A DNA stretch of 64,000 nt from Octopus vulgaris (lineage: Eukaryota): the NCBI GenBank assembly GCA_951406725.2, contig OX597842.1, positions 14,756,001 through 14,820,000 on the forward strand, written 5' to 3'. The notes beneath the pieces are model-generated. The model did not search any database. It saw nothing but the letters and a program-made list of their open reading frames with translations, and was not told the origin of the DNA. How positions within the stretch are numbered: the stretch's first letter is position 1; every line of letters starts with the position of its first letter. Both the position numbers and the translations under genes were made by a program. Positions 56,958 through 64,000 of this stretch are shown in pieces.

Positions 56958-57900
56958 AGAGCTGCCATTATTAATCCTTCTGTCTCTTTATTGAAAAATC
57001 TCCTTTTCAACCAATTTCAAGTGTCTTCTGCCTCTGTTCTTTATAAACTGAATGTGCAAATGTTTTTCCATATAACTTTTACTTTACTTGTTTAATTTTA
57101 CAATGTTTCTAGAATTCAACTTAAATTTCAGTATCAACTTGATCCTTCCGAAATGCTCCGTCAAAATGGTTTCCTTTTTTTCTCTGTTTTTGTTGGTATC
57201 TGATTCTAAAATTCGACAAACTTTTGGTGGATTATTTGATTTCTAGTCGTTCACTCTGCTTTATCTTCTCTCTCTTCAATACCAAGTAATACATTTATTC
57301 ATGATAAATTCCCTGCGTATGTCACAACTGAAAATACTTATTGTGTTCACAAATGAGCTAATTTCATCTTGATTTTTCCTATAAATCGTCCATGTATTAT
57401 AGGCAGTTAATCACTTCCACTCCATTTCCCAAATTTTATCCAGCTTTACCATTTCTCAAAACCCTCGACAGAGGTATTAGTATTTACACAAAGAAGTGTG
57501 GTAATAGATTATCTCCTTGAAATATTCCTCCTCTGATGTTCACTGTATCCAATGACCTTCCTACAGACGGTAACTCATTTTAGCAGTCTTTGTACACTTT
57601 CTACCACTCAAAATGACCACATATATTTCCTTATCCAATTGGAAGGGATCATGTCATGGGTCTTTTTGTAATCTAGGCAGGCCACACTTAGTCCCCTTAA
57701 CCTTCTTCTGCAATTCCTTAATACTATCTTGTCTATTAACACCTAATCTTTTGTCCCACTTGACCTGTGTTTACAACTTTTCTTCTCGTCTGATAAAAAT
57801 CTTTCATAATCTAAAAATGCCTACAATTCTTCAGTTATTACTTCTGTCACCAGTTACCACATGATTGGTAAATGTGTTATTGGCCGATTGTTTGAAACCG
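56958..57900 (-). mobile_element. Old R4/Dong-like RT fragment
   Basis: ETEGLIMAA and VNIRGGIFQGDNLLP on the minus strand. Confidence 0.6.
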
Positions 57901-58120
57901 AATTATCCTTTGACGCATCCGTCAACACTAAAATGGTTTTCTCATGTGTCAGTCACAGTGGAATATCCTCCACTCATTCCGTACAGTGATGCCAGCAGTT
58001 ACTGGCCTTTCCTTCATTATCATGTTCGGACACTCAATAAATGCTCGTCTGACATTCTAGGCATCAGGCAGAGGATTTCAGGCTTCGCTTCACCCAGGAC
58101 TGCAGCCTAGTCAAGGAGAA
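57900..58120 (+). mobile_element. RTE-like LINE fragment
   Basis: SYWPFLHYHVRTLNKC...ILGI resembles RTE post-RT motifs. Confidence 0.35.
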
Positions 58121-58329
58121 GTGCTTCACAGAGTCCACACACGTTCACCGTCAAGAAATCGTTGCAGCTGTCACAATCTCAGCGCGTGTCTGAGCATCAA
58201 CACCCAGAGCATTCCTAAGCCGCCATGCAGAGGGTAATGCTGCAGACAGCTGAAAGACTTTAAGCAGATTTTCGAGGGTTCACATTCCTCTCATAATGTA
58301 CTACTAGCCCTACACAGTTCTTCCATCCG

Positions 58330-58800
58330 TCAAATTCTAATCTAGTCTCTTACAGTGTGAGATTGAAGAAATCTGTGTTTCCAGCTCCTGTCAATGTGTA
58401 AACCGTGGCAATTCTGAAGGAACTACACATGTTGATATTCACGCCCAGCACAACCAAGACGACGAAAAAGATGACCACCACCACAGACGCTACAATCAAC
58501 GAGTCTGTGCAATATGGAGAGGTTTGATCGAAAGAAGAATTTAGATTGTTGTTGTTGGTTTGGGAAGCAGGAAATTTGGGAAGAGCTTGCTCTTCCGTGG
58601 AATCAGGAAGCAAATATTCCCGCTGCCAATGTTCAGGTGTAGGGGTCCTCAGCTGTTCATGGCGTTGTTGTAGATGGGGTTGTGATATTATCAACAGATG
58701 TCACTTCAGTTTCTTCAATTGAGGGTAGAAAGCTGAGTGGAAGGCTGTTGATAGAGAGTTGGTCAGTTGCAGCAACTTCCCACAATATCTCCATGGAGTC
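58330..58800 (-). mobile_element. Tx1/L1-like ORF1/endonuclease fragment
   Basis: FRIATVYTLTGAGNTDFF; compare VAVYAP...FF in the element at 13010. Confidence 0.45.
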
Positions 58801-58939
58801 TGACGGGAGAGGAAATGTTGAATGAAAGGAGAACAACATAGAAAGAACACTACACACACACACCAATGTGTATAAGTGTGTGTGTGTGTGTCTGTGTCTG
58901 TGTGTGTGTCTGTGTGTGTTTGCGTGTGTATGCAAGGGC

Positions 58940-59030
58940 GCTTGATGTTCTGTTTATCTTCGATATTATCACTTATTAAAGCAATAATCTATTATGTTCA
59001 CCACTTTGAATTATCATTGGATTCAGTTAC
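58940..59030 (+). other. Probable 5' UTR exon of the LRR gene; intron 59031-59173
   Basis: Donor ttac|gtaagt at 59031 and acceptor ttttcttcttttacag| at 59173. The 5' boundary is unknown. Confidence 0.5.
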
Positions 59031-59193
59031 GTAAGTTTAAATATTAAACTGAAAGTGAAATCAAAGATAAAGACATCCATGGAACAGGGGCCAAAGCTTG
59101 TCCTACGAAGTATTTGCAATGGGAAAGAATTGACATTGAAGTTTCTGGTATTTTGTATTTTCTTCTTTTACAGATAAATCAACGCCTGAAAAT

Positions 59194-59375
59194 ATGTTCC
59201 AACAATTGAAATTGACGTTTGTGTTGATACTCTCTATGAGTTTCTGTTTGGATTCTCATGCTGCATCAGACATTTGCAATATATGTAGCTGTCAAAATTC
59301 TAAGACAAAAATAATTTGTTCATCTCGGCAACTGACTTCGATCCCGCAACCCATTCCACCAAATGTTGAAATTTT
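59194..59375 (+). CDS. First coding exon of a secreted/membrane leucine-rich-repeat protein (signal peptide + LRRNT), possibly an LGR
   Basis: MFQQLKLTFVLILSMSFCLDSHA-ASDICNICSCQNSKTKIICSSRQLTSIPQPIPPNVEIL matches LRRNT CxxCxC...C...L..IP..IP. Ends in a phase-2 donor TT|gtaagt, typical of LRR exons. Exon starts at 59174. Confidence 0.88.
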
Positions 59376-59884
59376 GTAAGTATTAGACCATTTCTATATA
59401 TTTTCCGCATTTGATATTTTAAATTATCGTTGGTTATGTTCTAAATACCTCAGCTTAAAAACATAATGTTATGTTGGAGTAAAAAGGGCAAATATGTGAA
59501 CTGCCGTTACGTCAAGTAAATTATTTCTCTGTGTATTCTGACGCATGGAATCTTTAATTTACAATATCCGAACTTTGATTATGTTAGTTTATTACATCAA
59601 AACACTTTATGGCAAGATTCAGGGAAAGGAATGTATGAAAAATGTTGCAAAGATCGTTGCATATATTGTTGTTATGAAGGAGAGTATAAAATGGAAGAAA
59701 TATTCCGATAAATATAATTCTACTGATCGATATCGAAATACTGTACTCCAGTTTTACAGTAGACAACCGCTAATGGATCTATAATTGATTCTAATGAGAA
59801 ATATAATTCATGGATCATGCGGCTGGTTTAAAACATGTTACGCGTTCTTTTGTACGTTTTTACTGTGAAGTGGACAATTCAAAT

Positions 59885-61637
59885 TGGTGATGGAACGCGT
59901 GGTGTCTGTCAGCCGGTGATGAGGGCTGTTTGAGTGCTTTTTGTGAGAGTTGCTGTGTGCTTAGGATTGTTTCGGCTGAGGATTGTTTTATGCTGCTTTG
60001 CAGCAGTTCTTTGAGAGTAACACCATCATTGTTTGGTGGGTGGTACTGACTAACGAAAAGGAAGAGCTACGTGGCAGCAACGGGGAGTCAAGCTTTTGTC
60101 GTCCCAAGCATGCTAGAACAAAATGAAATATGTTGCGATGTAAAATTGCTACAGAAATACTAAGATATGGTAAAGAGAGAGAGGTCAAACGTAAAGTTGA
60201 CACCACCAGAGGAAGACAAGGCGGGGAGAGAAAAAAAAGTAATAGAGTACAGAACGTTTTCAAAAGAAAAATAAGAGACTTGAGAACGCAACGAAGAAGG
60301 AGATGGAAGAATGCCTAAAGGACCTGAAAGAAAACATAAAGTTTTTTTATTATTTTACAAGAGGAAAAAGATATGGTTCAGTAGCGGTCACATTTGTCTC
60401 CGAAGAATGTGGCAAAAAGATACGCCACAAGGATAGTAGCGTGGGGAAAATGGACACGTCTGCACAATTACCAGGGTAAACGATCTACTAGGATTAGGGT
60501 GGGCAGGATCCCGCCGAGAATCGAGCTAGAGTGGATATTAGCACCACTTTTCACCACATAAGAGGAAGAAGACAACGAAGTAGTTTAATTATTGTAACCC
60601 GGACCCAACAAGTGAATTGATGGGGACACGAGTCAGAGATAATTTTTGCGGCGGATCAGAAACTATACGAGGGAATACCATGGACATTGGTGCTGTTAAA
60701 TGAAGACAAACTGGATGTAATGTTGGAGGGGAGGCCTCCAAAGTGCCTTGGGTGTGGTGAAAAGGGGCATATTAGAAGATGGTGCGCCCCAGAATAACGA
60801 TGGAAAAAGCAAAGTTAAACATGCAAGAAAGCGTGATGGAGGTGGAGAGTCAGGTCCAGGAAGTGGAACAGAACATGGAGTTTGTGGAGGTCAAGTTGAG
60901 GAAGAGAGAAAAGAAGAGTTCACCGCCTGAATTGGAACAGAGGAAATATAAAGTAGAGGAAAAATTGAGCCAACCAACAACAAGTAGAAGCAGTACGCCT
61001 GTGGGATGACCGCGGGAAAATGATACAAGCAGAACAACATCACCAAGCAAATATACAGACTTACAATCACACAAACACACAGACTTACAGACACATAAGC
61101 ACATAGACACACAGACACAAAGAAACATAGACGGACGCATGATAACACAGAGTAACAAAAACATTAAGAACAGACATACAGACAGAATAGGTCCACAGGA
61201 ACACATTATTTTGAATAACATATCGTACGACCCCAACATTGGAAAGGAGAATAACAGAAATGAAAGGGATTGTTAGAGTGATCCTTTCGGAAGGTTACGT
61301 AAAAGATTGTGTCCTGATGGAGAAATAAAAATATAGAACGCTGAAAGATGTATTCCCTTCAGTTGTAAACCCACTGGGACCCGAGGGGAGTATCGAACCC
61401 AGCGCTACAGTGGTGAACTATGAGGACATTAAAAGTAACATAAAGTGGTAAGTGGAGATTGATTTTAAAGATTTTTTTGACGTAATTGAAATAACGTGAC
61501 CATCCTGGAGCGCGGTCGGGATAGACGTTCCAACTTCATTTGTAAAATTTCATTTTTTTCTGTTCTTTCATGTGTTAATTGTCCCCAAATGTGCGTATTG
61601 TCCCTCTATGTTAGACCCTTGTGGGTAATTAAAAATC
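59885..61637 (+). mobile_element. ORF1-only (gag-like CCHC) non-LTR element remnant in the LRR gene intron
   Basis: LEGRPPKCLGCGEKGHIRRWC (CX2CX4HX4C, 60744-60785). No RT or EN motifs seen. 3' tail resembles SINE family B. The 5' boundary is uncertain. Confidence 0.7.
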
Positions 61638-63199
61638 GGATAAGAGTTGGGCGATGGGAAGAGTTAGAGATGAGAGTTGGGTGATGTGAACAGCTGGTGT
61701 GAGTTCTTCAGACAACGAAGAACTGATTACAGTGTGGATTTGTAAAGATGCAATGTGACCAGTCGAAGTGAACCTGGCGACGAAGAACCTAATTACGCAA
61801 ATAATCCAGCTGGGTATGCCTACTTCCTCCAATTTTATCAGATTGGCTTGCTGGGCTGCCCCCCGTGTGCCGCATTTCGCAACATCATTTCCTAAACTTA
61901 AAATGTTTATTGTTACAGTTATATTGATATTAGCTGATTTAGTAACAGAATGACAGTTAATTATTGCTGTACTATATTACGTTTATAATTAGAAGTGATA
62001 TTGTTAGACTTATTAAACGGCAGATAATTACGAGATCCGCTTAAATTGCCTGACTCTGAAATTGGGTAAATGAAACATGTAAAATAGTCCGGTATTATGA
62101 AACCTATTTTCATTAAAGACGCCATCGGTAAAATGTAGGTTGATATCATAAACCCGATAGGTTTTTAGAAATAAAAAGACATTAGTTATAATTCTACAAA
62201 ATTCTTTAAGCTTAAGATTTAGCTGCTCTGTTTGTTACAGTTCAACTGAAAAGTACCCTACATTGTACAGAGTGGGTTCGACTCTTCCTGAGTATTATTT
62301 CAGATTAAAGGATTTGTATTATATTGCATTAATCGTTATGACTTCAAATTCCGCCGAAGTCGACTTTGCCTTTCACCCATTCGGGGTCGGCAAATTAAAT
62401 ACCAGTTGCGTACTAGGGTCGATCTAATCGATTCACCCTCCCCCAAATTTTCGGTAGAACAGATTATATTGCATTAAACATTTCAAGTTTCCAGTTTAAA
62501 TAAAATATTCCAATACTATATTCGATCGATTCAAGCGAATTCACTTGCTTCTCTACACATTTGTGATTGTCTGAATTAAATAGAAATCCGTATATCTGCA
62601 GATGGTGAATATACGATATATATTATTTAGACATTTTTAATTTTCATAATTTTAATTCATAATTAGTCAAAAATTGGCCGAACCTGCAGGCCGTCGAGTT
62701 GAATGACACATTGTGGTATCTAATCTAACATTCGGTATTCTGACTTAAAATCTAGCCGAGGACATCCTTACCGTACGGCGGTTTGCGTACTTAAAGAGGC
62801 CAGTGGTCTAGACATGGTGTAGAGATGTCGGACTGGGTCTCGTATGGAAATCTTCTAGCTCTTTGTATTTTAAGTTCAAATCCCACTTGTGTTTACTTTC
62901 TGCGTTTTGAAGAAGGAGTAGAGCTCATTAATTTCGCTGGTTGTGTGATATGGGTGAGAGTGATGATGGTAATGCTCCGTTTAAAAATGTTACAGATAAA
63001 TTCCCGGAAAAAGACGAGAATATGGAGAACATTCCAGAAGCCGATGTTCTGAGGATGAACAACTAAACATAGCGGTTAATATTACTGAAGGAATGTTAAT
63101 AAACAGAGTGGTCTTACTTTGGTTACTTGAGCGTCAAAAAGTGGAAGTTGCTAGGATCGAAATATTTTCTGGTTCTAAAATGAAAAAAAATGTCTTTTA

Positions 63200-64000
63200 A
63201 ATTCCGTCCTAGATATACACGGGATCTACTTTTTCCTATAGTGTTGTTCTTCTTCAAAAGTGACTTCTTTCATGATCAAAAGAAAACAGAAGAGAATTAT
63301 TTATGGCTGCCAGAATCATTTGATTTTTAGATGTTTTTGTGTGAAAAGGTGTTGGACTTTATTCAAGAGACAACTTTGAATTTCTTGTCAGGCATTTGAT
63401 GATATTCTATCATTTTCTGCAATCCGTTCCAATCTCTGCGACTTTAGCCTCAGCCAATAGATTAAATCTGAGCTGAGATGTTTCGACTACTAAGACTGCC
63501 ATAGCACTGGATGTGATTTGAGCGTGGATCCAGTGACTTGTTGATGAGAAGGGAAAATAGTTTTGGGCTGCATTTGAGCTGTTGGTATCAGTTTCTACTT
63601 GTAGTACCTCAGTATGTGTGAAAGATATGACACAGTGATTAGCATGTCACTGCACGATCATAACGTGATTGGTTCAGTTCTTGAACTAAGCTCGGTGTTT
63701 GGGACGTTGATCAGGATTCATCCAGTCTACTCAGCTGTAAATGTGTACCAGTCAAGTGTTGGATGCGACATATGGGTTAGGTTTAGCGTTGGAGACATAA
63801 AAGAGTATCTATGTCTGCTCGGAAATACATTGGCAACTGAAGCAATTAGTAAAAGCATTAGATATGTTGCCAAGACATACTCGTTCGACTCGCGAATTAA
63901 GGATGGCTATGAATATGTGTGTGCGAATGTGTAAATCTTGAGTGAGTATCTACTATTCGGTAGTTTACCAGGTGGTGGACAATAGAACATTCTTTGAATA
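63200..64000 (-). mobile_element. Possible old CR1/Jockey-type LINE fragment
   Basis: Only a weak resemblance to an EN-RT linker. No diagnostic motif. Confidence 0.25.

Noticed and set aside
61950-62340. Candidate second LRR exon after acceptor-like AG sites
   Set aside because: No open LxxLxLxxN frame bounded by phase-2 sites was found.

Overview
AT-rich, repeat-saturated animal genomic DNA. The SINE and LINE families look like those of octopus (coleoid cephalopod); this is inferred from memory, not from a search. Most of the window is microsatellite and retroelement debris: two tRNA-derived SINE families (one expanded into 104-bp and ~183-bp tandem arrays), several distinct R4/Dong-like RLE non-LTR elements mostly sitting in (TAA)n tracts, a ~540-bp non-coding TAA-inserted element in 9 copies, and fragments of Tx1/L1, RTE, Penelope-like and Gypsy elements with degenerate hammerhead motifs. 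17.9-40.6 kb is an irregular 4-unit tandem segmental duplication, and 41.6-45.5 kb holds a second duplication. Short non-TE islands inside these duplications carry broken motifs of a leucine-rich-repeat GPCR (LGR): LRR pieces and TM7/helix 8 (LYPLNS...ILYSFVNDPLERHW). I read this as a decayed, amplified LGR pseudogene cluster. One intact first coding exon (signal peptide + LRRNT, 59194-59375) starts a probable functional LRR gene that runs beyond the window. Nearly all ORFs in the track are microsatellite or TE artefacts. All alignments were made by eye and boundaries are approximate.
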